From assembly GCA_000092065.1 (NCBI GenBank), contig CP000585.1: a DNA stretch of 64,000 nt; one strand, given 5' to 3'. Both the position numbers and the translations under genes were made by a program. The stretch is from Ostreococcus lucimarinus (lineage: Eukaryota). Positions 10,293 to 19,570 of this stretch are shown in pieces (position 1 is the first letter of the stretch; each line of letters opens with the position of its first letter). The notes under the pieces are model-generated. The model did no database searches and was not told where the DNA came from. It saw nothing but the letters and a program-made list of their open reading frames with translations.

Positions 10293-10522
10293 AATTCGCG
10301 TCGAATCCATTCTTAACTCATTTAATACGCACATCTTCGCGTTTCTTCCGTTTTCGCGTCGCCGCGCCGCGAAAGATGCCGATTACCCGCGCGCGGCGCC
10401 GCCGCCGCGCAAAGTCTTCCCAATCCCCGCCCTCGGCGACGCGTTTTCCCTCACAGTCACGCGCGTCGCGCCCCTCGCCCTTCCGCGTCGCGCGCGGACG
10501 AACGCGAACGCGTTCGCGCGAT

Positions 10523-12301
10523 ATGTCCGCGCTCGATGTCTGCGTCGCCGCGTGCGGCGCCGCCGCGGACGCGACGTGCGCGACGGCTTGCTTCACCGCG
10601 TCCGGCTGGGAGATTCCCGCCGAACCGTTCCTCCCGAGGACGCCGAGCCTGATCCTGGGGTGCTGCCTCATCCTGCTCTCCGCCCTGTTCAGCGGCCTCA
10701 CGCTCGGGCTGATGTCGCTCGATCCCGTGGGGCTGGAGATCATCGCCGAGGGCGGCGACGCCGAGGAGCGCGAGTACGCGAAGCAAATCATTCCGGTGAG
10801 GAAAAACGGAAACCTGTTGCTGTGCACGCTGCTGCTCGGAAACACGGCGGTGAACTCCATGATATCGATTTTGATGGCGAGCGTGACGAATGGGATCATG
10901 GGCTTGTTGGTGTCGACGCTGAGCATCGTGATTTTGGGGGAGATTACGCCGCAGGCGCTGTGCTCGCGGCACGGGTTGTACATCGGGGCGAAGACGATTT
11001 GGATCATGAAGTTTTTCATAATGTTACTGTTCGTCGTCGCGTGGCCGATATCGCTCGTGCTCGATCGCATACTCGGGGTCGACATAGGGACCTTTCACAC
11101 GACGGAGGAGTTGAAGCACTTGGTGCGCGTGCACGTGGAGAAGCCGCAAGGCCAGGAGGAATCGGGGTTGAATCAACAAGACGCCACGATGCTCACGGGG
11201 GTTTTGGAGTACAAGCACATGACGGTGGCGGACGTGATGACGGATCTAGACAAGGTTTACATGATTGAACTGAACACGAAAATGTCTTTCGCCGTGTTGA
11301 TGGATATTTACAAGAGCGGGTTCACACGCATTCCCGTGTACGAGGGCACTCGCTCAAACATCGTGGGGATTTTGTTCACGAAAGATTTGATTCTCATCGA
11401 CCCAGACGATGAAATCGAATTGTCCGCAATCTTAGCGTTCCACGGCGGTAAGAATGGTGGGTACATTCGCTATGTTAGCGATAACACGACTTTGGACAAG
11501 GTGTTCCTCGAGTTCAAGACGGCTCGCATGCACTTGCTATGCGCGCACTCCGAAGACGGGCCGCCGCGCAAGGATGGATCAAACGCTCAAGTCACGGGTA
11601 TAATCACGCTCGAAGATGTGCTCGAAGCGCTCATCAAGGACGAAATTATCGACGAGACGGACAACTTGATTGACGTAAACGAGCCAACGTCAATCGTGGA
11701 AAGGCGAGTGACGTTTCGCGGCGCCGATCCGACCAAGTTTATGAGCGTCTTCGAACACAAGATGAACGAAGAAGAGAAACTCGGCGAGAATGAAGTGAGT
11801 GCGATCGTCGCGTTCTTATCGTCGAACGTGGCGGAGTTTAAAACTCTCGGCGAATACCACAAAGTGCTGCGCAAACTCATCGAAACATCAAATGTCGTAG
11901 AAAACGATGACACGAGCAGTAGCGATAGCGAAAATAGTACGATGGGGACACCGGGCGTGCACAGGGGACGCGAATACGACGAAGACCTCTTGTACAGAGC
12001 TGGAGAGCCATCAGACGTTTTTACGCTCGTCCTTCAAGGTCAAGTCAAAATCTTCGCCGGCTCCGAAGACTTTGAGTCTGAGCTCGGTCCTTGGTCGTAC
12101 ATAGGACAAAATGCGCTCATCACAGACCCGTACGTTCCTGATTTCCGCGCGTACAGTTGCGGTGGAACGAGGGTGTTGAAGATTGCTCGTGCGGACTATA
12201 AAGCCGCGCTGGCGAGCGCGGCGGTGAAAGCCATGGGCGCGGGCGCGAAGAAAAGAGTGCAGCTCGTGGGATCGAAAAGCTTTTCCGAGACCGAGCGCTG
12301 A
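10523..12301 (+). CDS. CNNM/ACDP-type metal (Mg2+) transporter: DUF21 transmembrane domain + CBS pair + cNMP-binding-like domain
   Basis: ATG at 10523. DUF21 region LILGCCLILLSALFSGLTLGLMSLD...GEITPQALCSRHGL. CBS pair with ITLEDVLEALIKDEIIDETD. C-terminal cNMP-like fold. Confidence 0.75.
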   Translation: MSALDVCVAACGAAADATCATACFTASGWEIPAEPFLPRTPSLILGCCLILLSALFSGLTLGLMSLDPVGLEIIAEGGDAEEREYAKQIIPVRKNGNLLLCTLLLGNTAVNSMISILMASVTNGIMGLLVSTLSIVILGEITPQALCSRHGLYIGAKTIWIMKFFIMLLFVVAWPISLVLDRILGVDIGTFHTTEELKHLVRVHVEKPQGQEESGLNQQDATMLTGVLEYKHMTVADVMTDLDKVYMIELNTKMSFAVLMDIYKSGFTRIPVYEGTRSNIVGILFTKDLILIDPDDEIELSAILAFHGGKNGGYIRYVSDNTTLDKVFLEFKTARMHLLCAHSEDGPPRKDGSNAQVTGIITLEDVLEALIKDEIIDETDNLIDVNEPTSIVERRVTFRGADPTKFMSVFEHKMNEEEKLGENEVSAIVAFLSSNVAEFKTLGEYHKVLRKLIETSNVVENDDTSSSDSENSTMGTPGVHRGREYDEDLLYRAGEPSDVFTLVLQGQVKIFAGSEDFESELGPWSYIGQNALITDPYVPDFRAYSCGGTRVLKIARADYKAALASAAVKAMGAGAKKRVQLVGSKSFSETER

Positions 12302-12494
12302 TGAGCACGAAGTAACAGTACATTATAGCGGCACACGACGACGAACGATAGGGTCACGCATGTGATAAAATTTACAGCAACGAACGCATTCTCTTAAACC
12401 GAACGCGCGTTTTGGCCGACGAAGACGTTCTCCGTCGCGATTAAAACGTACAACAACGCGTCACTGGTGCGCGATTCAGACGATCTCTCCATCT

Positions 12495-13097
12495 TCAGCG
12501 CGCACCGCTTCCCTCGTCCATCGACTTTGTCGACGATTGCTTTTCAAAATCCGCGAAAATATTCCTTCTAACCTCAATCTTCTTCTCCGGCTCCGCGTCG
12601 TGTCGAGGAAAATGTTCGAAAGCCGCCGCCTCCGAGTCCCCTCCCTCGAAATCCGCCGGCACCCTCGACGACGCCACGCGCACGTACCCCGTCCCTCCGC
12701 ACGCCTGACACGTGCTGATCGTCTCTTGGTGCCGTCCTCCCCGTCGCGTCGTCGACATCACCAACTTATTCCCGCCGCACTTGCCGCACCTGCGGTCGTA
12801 CACCTCCGTCGACTGTTGAATCGTGCACGTGTCCAGCTCCTCCGCCGACGGCTCGCACTTCGCGTCGCCGAACGTGCTCTTACCATCGGACGGTCGAGGC
12901 GGGGCGACGTGGTACGTTATCGGCAGACCGAGCGGTCCGTCGCGCGGCGATGACGACGATGACGACGTCGATGCCTTTGACGATGACGAGGCGACGCGCG
13001 GCGCGCGCGCGACGCGCGCGCGGCGATCGACGACGCGATGGACGCGACGATGCGACACCGCGCGCGTCGTGGACGCGGGCGCGAGTCGGGCGCGCAT
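12495..13097 (-). CDS. Small organelle-targeted protein with DnaJ-type zinc-finger-like CxxCxGxG repeats (BSD2/LQY1/PSA2-like)
   Basis: ATG at 13097. Ser/Arg-rich presequence. CGKCGGNKL...CQACGGTGY motifs. Confidence 0.4.
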   Translation of the reverse strand: MRARLAPASTTRAVSHRRVHRVVDRRARVARAPRVASSSSKASTSSSSSSPRDGPLGLPITYHVAPPRPSDGKSTFGDAKCEPSAEELDTCTIQQSTEVYDRRCGKCGGNKLVMSTTRRGGRHQETISTCQACGGTGYVRVASSRVPADFEGGDSEAAAFEHFPRHDAEPEKKIEVRRNIFADFEKQSSTKSMDEGSGAR

Positions 13098-13128
13098 GGC
13101 GAACGCGCGCGGTCGTGTGCGGGCGATC

Positions 13129-13162
13129 GCGGTCGTTGCGGTCGGTCGTTGCGGTCGGTCGA
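13129..13162. repeat. Tandem duplication of a 13-14 bp unit (gtcgttgcggtcg) in the short intergenic region between two minus-strand genes
   Basis: gcggtcgttgcggtcggtcgttgcggtcggtcg read directly. Confidence 0.7.
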
Positions 13163-13275
13163 TTTTTGGGAGAGAGCGCGCGCGGGCGAAAAACGACGCG
13201 GACGACGATCGCGCGCGGCGGAGGGACGAGTCGCGGAGACGAGCGTAAAGTACAGCGGATGTGGCAACACGCGCG

Positions 13276-14190
13276 CTACGGGCGCTCCGACGGCGCGCTC
13301 GCGGCGCTCGATCGCTTGAGACGCTTCGGCGGCGCTTCGGCGGCGGCGCGACGAGATTTCGCGCTCTCGCGCGCGCCGGTGAACGGCGCGCCCATCGGTG
13401 GGAGCAGCGTCACCGGTGGACGCGACGTCCAAGGTTCGTCGATGACCGGAAGCGGCGGCTCGCGCGACTCGGCGGCGTCGGCGCGGCGACGCGCCGCCGT
13501 CTTCTTCGTCGCGCCCCTTCGCGCCTTCGTCGAGGACGGCAATCCATCGGACGGCATCCCGTCCGACGGAAACCCATCGGAAGGGAACCCATCGACGAGC
13601 GCCGCGACATCGCCGGTCAACACCGCCTCCTCGAGCGTCTTCGCGCGTCCCCTCAATTTCGCGTTTTCCTTTCTCAACCGCTCGCACGTCGTCTTCGTCG
13701 TCTTCAACTCCCGCCTCAACTCCTCCGACGCCTTCGCCGCGTCTCCCGTCGTTTCCGCGTCCTCACCGCTCGCTCTTCGCGCGCTCTCCGCCGCCTCGCG
13801 CGCTCCTCGCGCGCTCCACGCCTCCCTCGCGCTTCGCTCCGCCGCGTCTCTCGCCGCCTCCGCCTGCATCCGCCGTCCCCGTTCCTCGCTCGCCATCTGT
13901 CGCGCCACCGCCACTTGCTCCACCGCGTCCGCGTCCGACAGCACCACCTTCCTCTGCGACGCGCATCCCGCGTGCAGCAGCTCCAGCGCCTCGTACTTCG
14001 TCTTCAGCGCCACCAGCGCGTCGCGCATCTTCGACCGAATCGTCTCGCTCTCTCGCAGCGCCTCCCGCACGTCCGCGAGCGTCGCGCCGCGCTTCGGCGG
14101 CGACGTCGTCGCCGGCGCGTTCGTCCGCGTCGCGCGGTGCGCCGCGCGCGTCGCCGGCGCCTGCGCGGGGTTGCGCGCGCGCGCCGTCAT
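13276..14190 (-). CDS. Hypothetical coiled-coil protein with GFPSDGFPSDGMPSDGLPS pentapeptide repeats
   Basis: ATG at 14190..14188. Balanced Glu/Lys/Arg heptad-like segment (LRRELKTTKTTCERLRKENAKLRGRAKTLEE). The opposite strand in the same span is Arg/Leu-rich nonsense. Confidence 0.3.
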   Translation of the reverse strand: MTARARNPAQAPATRAAHRATRTNAPATTSPPKRGATLADVREALRESETIRSKMRDALVALKTKYEALELLHAGCASQRKVVLSDADAVEQVAVARQMASEERGRRMQAEAARDAAERSAREAWSARGAREAAESARRASGEDAETTGDAAKASEELRRELKTTKTTCERLRKENAKLRGRAKTLEEAVLTGDVAALVDGFPSDGFPSDGMPSDGLPSSTKARRGATKKTAARRRADAAESREPPLPVIDEPWTSRPPVTLLPPMGAPFTGARESAKSRRAAAEAPPKRLKRSSAASAPSERP

Positions 14191-14208
14191 TCGTCGTCGC
14201 GCGCCGAA

Positions 14209-15054
14209 ATGCCGCCGACGCGCTCGACGACGCCGACGCGCTCGACGACGCGCGCGCGCGTCGCGACGCGCGCGAAAAGACGCGGGCGCGCGTCGCGCCG
14301 ACCGGCGCCCGGCGCGCCGACGACGCGCGCGCGCGAGGACGCGAACGACGACGACGACGACGTCGGCGCGCTCGACGACGTCGAGCGCGCGGTGTTCGAC
14401 CGCGCGGACGGCGCGTACGCGACGCCCGAACCGGTGGCGATGGACGCGATGCGAGAGATCGAGCGAGCGAACGCGCGCGCGATGCCGGCGGCGGAACGGG
14501 CGCGCGAGGAGGCGTTCAGGACGATGATGCGACGCGCGAAGGCGCGAGAGGATAAGTTGAACGCGGCGGAGCGAGCGCTGAGCGTGGACTCGTTGTTGGT
14601 GTTCGGCGCGGATGGGGTGCTGCCGGAGCTGGTGAACGCGAGAGTGGCGATGTTCGGCGTGCTCACGGGACTGGTGGTGGAGGTGACGACGGGGAAGAGT
14701 TTCTTCGAGCAGTTGGCGTGGAACGCGACGCACGGCGTGAGCGAACTCGTCGTGGGGGCGGTGATTCTGGCGAGTTGCTTGCCGAGTTTTAGGGCTGAGA
14801 GCGATGGAGAGACGATTTTTGGGTCCGGGGCGTGTAAGTGGAGGCGGGATAAGACGGCGCGCGCGGAGAGAGGGTACTTGGTGGATCCTTTGAATCTGGA
14901 CGTGCGAACGCTGCCGGGGAAGGACACCGTGCTCGGACGCGTCGGATGGGTGCCTTTCGTCGAACTGCTCAACGGGCGGTTGGCGATGATCACGATCATC
15001 GTTCTGTTCGCGGGCGAACCGCTACTCGGACATCCGTTCTTCACGTCCCCGTGA
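14209..15054 (+). CDS. LHC-like / early light-induced protein (ELIP)-family protein with two chlorophyll-binding helices, chloroplast-targeted
   Basis: ATG at 14209. Thr/Ser/Arg-rich transit-peptide-like N-terminus. Helices PELVNARVAMFGVLTGLVVE and ELLNGRLAMITIIVLFAGE match the ExxNGRxAM LHC motif. Confidence 0.55.
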   Translation: MPPTRSTTPTRSTTRARVATRAKRRGRASRRPAPGAPTTRAREDANDDDDDVGALDDVERAVFDRADGAYATPEPVAMDAMREIERANARAMPAAERAREEAFRTMMRRAKAREDKLNAAERALSVDSLLVFGADGVLPELVNARVAMFGVLTGLVVEVTTGKSFFEQLAWNATHGVSELVVGAVILASCLPSFRAESDGETIFGSGACKWRRDKTARAERGYLVDPLNLDVRTLPGKDTVLGRVGWVPFVELLNGRLAMITIIVLFAGEPLLGHPFFTSP

Positions 15055-15113
15055 GCGTTTAGGAGATTTGCACGATTTTAATTACAACGAGCGCGTCGGC
15101 TCCTCTTTTTGTT

Positions 15114-16454
15114 CTATTTTTTCGCGTCGCGTTTCGCGCGAAACGCCTCGCGAAGCAGACTAATTTTTTCGTCCGTCACAGGATTACTCTCCACGGCGGA
15201 CTCGTTTTGAAGGAACAACACGCTCGTGTCGCTCGTCGCTAATCGATATCGAGATTTCTTCCGATGCTGCGCTCCTTCGTAATAACCATGCTCGCGAACC
15301 GATATCACTTCGGCGCGAGAGCAAAACTTTGAGCGTCTCATCTTTTCCCAACACGGGCGATTGGGCCAATGCGGGGTGACGACGACAAAAGTCAGCGCGG
15401 AAGACGCTGCGTCCAAGCACTCGAACAAATGTTCAGCCATGCGCGCGACGACGTCTTCGTCGAACGGAGGATTGGCTTCGAACGCGCCTCCTGAGGGCTT
15501 GCATGCGCGAAAGTCCCCCAGCGACCCGAAGGGCTTGTCCACGTCACCGTATTTGCTGTAATACATGGGCCAGCGACAGTTCAACGGCGAGGCGAAGAGC
15601 TCGCACTCGACTTTAAAGCAGTCACGCAGCACGTCGAAAACTTGCCCGTGTAACGAAGCTTGAGAACCACCGGAAAAACGAAACTGCCCGCCAGCCGCCG
15701 CGTCGTACCGACACACCATCGCGAACGCGTCGAACAGGAAATCATTTTCGACAAACTCTTTGGACGACGCATTCGCGTAAAGCGTTTTCAATTTCTCAAA
15801 GTGATCACCGTTCAACCGCACCTCGGTCTTTCCTACGCGCAGCGAAACGACGCCGTCGGCGCGTTCCTCCTTCGACACCGACGTCGCCGGTCCGCGAAAC
15901 TCATTTCTCATCACGCGCGCGCACTCCGTGGCTTTCATCATCATAACGCGCACGACCGCGTCGACTGCCTCATCGCTCGCGTCTTTCTTCTTCGCCCGTA
16001 ACTTCTTCGCCAACGCGTCGCCGCCGCCGTCTCCCGCCGGCACCAGCGGTTCGTCCTCCGACGCCGACGCCAACCACTCCTCGAACGCCGAGCACCACCG
16101 CTTGCCCAAATGCGGTCCCGCGACCCTCTCAAAGTCCATGCACAGGTGCGAGATCGCCCGCAATCGACACGCCTCGATCGCCGCGCGCGTCGCGCGTTCG
16201 TCGCTCGAGCTCGTCGCCTTCGCCGCGCGCTCGCGTCGCGCCCTCGCGCGCGCTTCGTCGACGTGCGCCGCGTCGAGCAACCCCTCGCGATAGTCGACGA
16301 CGACGCCGTCGTCGCGCGCCGTCGTCGCGGTCCTCGCGCGCTTCCGCGCGTCGTCGTCGTCGCGTCGTCCCTCGTCGCGCGCGCGTCGTCCGACCGGCGC
16401 CTTCGCGTCGTCGCCGCCGCGCGCGCGCGCGCGCATCGCCGCCCAGTTCGACAT
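15114..16454 (-). CDS. PCIF1/CAPAM-like mRNA cap-specific adenosine N6-methyltransferase homologue
   Basis: ATG at 16454..16452. C-terminal catalytic region closely matches the metazoan PCIF1 methyltransferase fold from memory: ELFASPLNCRW, catalytic NPPF in GGAFEANPPFDE, and SDTSVLFLQNE. Confidence 0.65.
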   Translation of the reverse strand: MSNWAAMRARARGGDDAKAPVGRRARDEGRRDDDDARKRARTATTARDDGVVVDYREGLLDAAHVDEARARARRERAAKATSSSDERATRAAIEACRLRAISHLCMDFERVAGPHLGKRWCSAFEEWLASASEDEPLVPAGDGGGDALAKKLRAKKKDASDEAVDAVVRVMMMKATECARVMRNEFRGPATSVSKEERADGVVSLRVGKTEVRLNGDHFEKLKTLYANASSKEFVENDFLFDAFAMVCRYDAAAGGQFRFSGGSQASLHGQVFDVLRDCFKVECELFASPLNCRWPMYYSKYGDVDKPFGSLGDFRACKPSGGAFEANPPFDEDVVARMAEHLFECLDAASSALTFVVVTPHWPNRPCWEKMRRSKFCSRAEVISVREHGYYEGAQHRKKSRYRLATSDTSVLFLQNESAVESNPVTDEKISLLREAFRAKRDAKK

Positions 16455-16524
16455 CGCGCGCGCGGACGCCTCGCGCGCGCGTCGTCGACGCGCGTCGCGC
16501 GCGCGCGTCGCGCGCGGCGCCGCG

Positions 16525-17304
16525 ATGTCCCGGCGACGTTCCGCGTCGGGCGCGCGCCGCCGCACACGACGACGACGCATGGCGCGCGCGGCGACGACGC
16601 CGACGCGCGCGACGACGCCGACGCCGACGCGCGGCGTCGCGCGACCGCGACGCGGCGACGCGCGCGCGCGACCGCGACGCGCGACGCGCGCGAGCGCGAA
16701 AAAGCGAAAAGGTTTCGCCGAACTCTTGGGCGGCGCGGCGAGCGACGACGGAGACGCGCGAGCGGAGCGCGCGGGCGCGACGACGAGCGCGAAGGGAAAA
16801 GCGGCGCGGAGCGCGGAGGCGCGATGCCCGTGCGGGGGAGGGCGCGATGGGCTGACGTACGCGAGCTGTTGCAAGAGGTTTCACGACGGCGACGCGTACC
16901 CGGAGGATCCGGTGACGCTGATGCGCACGCGGTTTAGCGCGTACGCCAAGGGAAAAGGACTTTATGTGGTGAAAACAACGCATCCGGATAACCCGCTGCT
17001 GATGGAGGGGGCGAAGACGAAGACGGGGAAGGTGGTGAGCACGCTGGCGCGAGACGTCGAGGCGACGTGTAAAAAGGTTCGGTTTTACGACTTGGACATC
17101 GTGCGCGACGTCAAGGGCAAGGGTAAGGGCGACGCGCGCGAGCATTTGGTTGGGTTTCGTTACAAGTGTCGGGTCGTCGGGCAACAGGGGTTCAACGAGC
17201 TTCCCGAGGAGAAACACGCGGAGCTCTCGACGTTTCGCACGACGAGGGACGACGACGGGAACGAGGTGTGGAAATTCGTCGACGGAATCCAAGGATCGAC
17301 TTAG
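16525..17304 (+). CDS. SEC-C motif / YchJ-family (UPF0225) protein with NTF2-like domain, organelle-targeted
   Basis: ATG at 16525. CPCGGG...YASCC SEC-C metal-binding motif followed by an NTF2-like fold. Confidence 0.6.
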   Translation: MSRRRSASGARRRTRRRRMARAATTPTRATTPTPTRGVARPRRGDARARPRRATRASAKKRKGFAELLGGAASDDGDARAERAGATTSAKGKAARSAEARCPCGGGRDGLTYASCCKRFHDGDAYPEDPVTLMRTRFSAYAKGKGLYVVKTTHPDNPLLMEGAKTKTGKVVSTLARDVEATCKKVRFYDLDIVRDVKGKGKGDAREHLVGFRYKCRVVGQQGFNELPEEKHAELSTFRTTRDDDGNEVWKFVDGIQGST

Positions 17305-17439
17305 TACTTTTCTCGATTGTATTTGAATATTTGATTTTTGTTCCACCGCGTGTTCGCGTCCGACGTTTGAGGGCTCTCGGTTGGGCGTCGTCTCGTCCCG
17401 GCGGCGTCGCGGATAACCTTCACAGTCACGCTCGCGTCG

Positions 17440-18057
17440 ATGCCCGCGCTGACTTCGACCGCGCGCGCGGCCACGCACGCGTTCGCCACGCATCGCGGCG
17501 TCAACTCCCGTCGCAATCCGCGCTCGATGCAAGCCGTTCGCGCCTTCTTCGGCGGCGCCGCCACGTCATCAAAGTCCGCGCACGAGTTCACCGTGAAAGA
17601 CATCGACGGCAAGGACGTCTCGATGTCCAAGTACGCCGGAAAGGTGTGCCTCGTCGTGAACGTCGCCTCCGAGTGAGGCTTGACGGACCAAAACTACAAG
17701 GAGCTCGTCGCGCTGGACGCGAAGTACGCCAACCTTGAAGTTTTGGCTTTCCCGTCGAACGAGTTCGGCGGACAAGAACCGGGAAGCGCGGCGCAGATCA
17801 AGGCGTTCGCTCGGGAAAAGTACGGGGCAAAGTTCCCGCTGTTCGAAAAGACCACGGTAAACGGTGCGAGTGCGAGCCCGTTGTACAAGCATTTGAAGGA
17901 ATCCGCGCCCGAGTCTGGTTTGCTCGCGATGGCTGGTTCAGAAATCAAGTGGAACTTTGCCAAGTTTTTGCTCGATAAGGACGGCAAGACGATCGCGCGT
18001 TACGCGCCGACGTCTAGCCCTTTTAGTATCGAGGGGGACATCATCAAGGCGCTTTAA
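17440..18057 (+). CDS. Selenocysteine-containing glutathione peroxidase; in-frame TGA (Sec) at 17674..17676 splits it into two track ORFs
   Basis: ATG at 17440. GPx active-site motif VNVASE-U-GLTDQNYKEL, with TGA exactly at the U/C position of GPx families. Frame and GPx motifs (FPSNEFGGQEPG, WNFAKFLLDKDGK) continue to TAA at 18055..18057. Confidence 0.85.
17674..17676 (+). other. In-frame UGA selenocysteine codon of the GPx gene
   Basis: TGA between GAG (Glu) and GGC (Gly) within the conserved NVAS-x-U-G-x-T GPx active site. Confidence 0.8.
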
Positions 18058-18257
18058 TACGTCATACTGTCACGACAAAGACAGTCGCAACAGCGCAAGA
18101 TTTGCCGCGGAGAGGTGACGCTTCATCCAATAAATCGACGTCTGTCGAGGGGATGGGCCGAGTTAACATCCGCGTCGTTTCGCTCGCGCTAACATTCTTT
18201 TACATTCTCTGAACACAGTAATACAATCTACGCTATGCGGCTGCGCAATGCTCTAAA

Positions 18258-19523
18258 CTATTCTAAAAAATCGGCGACGTATTCTGCCACCGCGAGGCTC
18301 GACGTCAAGCCGGGTGACTCAAAGCCAAACAGATGCACCAAACCAACCGCACCGTGCTGACTTTCAGTTTGAAATACAAAGTCAGTCGTCGCGCCGGGCT
18401 CATCAGTGTCACCTGCTTCGTTGATGAGCTTAGGTCGGATACCCGTGAACGCCGGTCGAAGCGCGCCGTCTTGCAAACCAGGCCAGTACTCGCGAATCGC
18501 CTCGTAAAACGAACGCACGCGCGCTGGGTTCATCGTGTAATCGATGTCGTCTATCCATTCAATGTCAGGACCAAACTTGCACTTGTCGTAAACATCGCGA
18601 GTGAAGTGCACACCCAGACCTCCTTCTCTCGGCAAAGGATACACGAGCCGCTGAAAAGGCGCCGAGTAGCCTTTTTTCAGCTCACAATACATCCCTCGCG
18701 CGAAATACAAAGGCGGTGGCGGCGTCACGGAGATGTCGTAAACATCTAACAACCGATCGCACAACCGGTGTGCGTATAGCCCGGCGGCGTTCACTAAGCG
18801 CGGCGTAGAAATTACGCGACGCGACTTTGTCTTCACCTGAAACGTTTTGCTCAGCCCGCGCGTGATCTCAACCACTTCATCCCCGAGCGCCACCGTTGTT
18901 CGCCCATCTCGCACGCAATCGCGACGAAACGACTCCATGAGCTCTTGAACGTCGACGATACTCGTCGAAGGCGACAAAACCCCAGCGTAACCTCGCACAT
19001 TTTTCTCGTACGCCGTGAGTTGCTCCGACGTGAGCAACGCCAAGTCGTCGACGTCGTTCATCTGCGCTCTCGTAATCATCGCCTCGAGCGCGTCCATCTG
19101 ACTCTCATCCCGCGCGACGATGAGTTTACCTATGTTTTCCCACTTTACATCTTTCTTCTCACAGTATTTCACAATCTTTCGCCGCCCTTCGACGCAAAAC
19201 TTTGCCTTCGCGCTTCCCGGGACGTAATGCATCCCCGCGTGTAACACCTCCGAGTTCTTTGAGCTCGTCTCCGCGCCGATGCTCTCCGCTTTATCGATGA
19301 CGCACACGCGCATACCACGCAAAGACAAGGCGCGCGCGCACGCCAGTCCGATGACACCGGCTCCGACGACGACGGCGTCGTAGCGTTCATCAGCGTCAAA
19401 GCCGCGAAGGGCGCCCGGACGGAACGTCGTCGCGCGCGCTGTGCGGGCGCGCCCGTGCGGTAGCGCGCGCGCGCGTGACGTCAATACATCACGAGACACG
19501 CGTTGCGCATCGTGGACCCGCAT
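18258..19523 (-). CDS. L-2-hydroxyglutarate dehydrogenase (FAD-dependent oxidoreductase), mitochondrial-type
   Basis: ATG at 19523..19521 (the track start is TTG). Dinucleotide-binding motif YDAVVVGAGVIGLACARAL. L2HGDH-like core SEVLHAGMHYVPGSAKAKFCVEG...KLIVARDE. Confidence 0.75.
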   Translation of the reverse strand: MRVHDAQRVSRDVLTSRARALPHGRARTARATTFRPGALRGFDADERYDAVVVGAGVIGLACARALSLRGMRVCVIDKAESIGAETSSKNSEVLHAGMHYVPGSAKAKFCVEGRRKIVKYCEKKDVKWENIGKLIVARDESQMDALEAMITRAQMNDVDDLALLTSEQLTAYEKNVRGYAGVLSPSTSIVDVQELMESFRRDCVRDGRTTVALGDEVVEITRGLSKTFQVKTKSRRVISTPRLVNAAGLYAHRLCDRLLDVYDISVTPPPPLYFARGMYCELKKGYSAPFQRLVYPLPREGGLGVHFTRDVYDKCKFGPDIEWIDDIDYTMNPARVRSFYEAIREYWPGLQDGALRPAFTGIRPKLINEAGDTDEPGATTDFVFQTESQHGAVGLVHLFGFESPGLTSSLAVAEYVADFLE

Positions 19524-19570
19524 GTAGGGCGTCAACGTCTGCCGCTGCGCGCGCGAACGCTCGTCGACTC

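Noticed and set aside
8055-10334. Track ORF extending the DnaJ gene by 355 N-terminal codons, with similar N-terminal extensions on many other track ORFs
   Set aside because: The track uses GTG/TTG as starts and prints them as M. The extensions are Arg-rich and overlap the divergent partner gene, and a proper ATG with a targeting-peptide-like sequence lies downstream.
12917-13687. 256-aa minus-strand ORF overlapping the coiled-coil gene in another frame
   Set aside because: Arg/Asp/Gly low-complexity translation with no ATG-initiated conserved segment. It overlaps a more protein-like frame.
14190-14209. Treating the 18-bp gap between divergent ATGs (coiled-coil gene and ELIP-like gene) as proof that one of the two is not a gene
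   Set aside because: Similar 23-70 bp head-to-head gaps recur in this window (54244/54268, 16454/16525) next to well-supported genes. The tight spacing is therefore recorded as a feature of the locus rather than used to discard the ELIP-like gene. The coiled-coil partner keeps low confidence.
18058-18257. Specific SECIS candidates (GTGA at 18115 with AA 10 nt later; hairpin ACTGTC...GACAGT at 18072..18087)
   Set aside because: I could not build the required non-Watson-Crick quartet and helix II by eye, so the position of the SECIS is left open rather than annotated.
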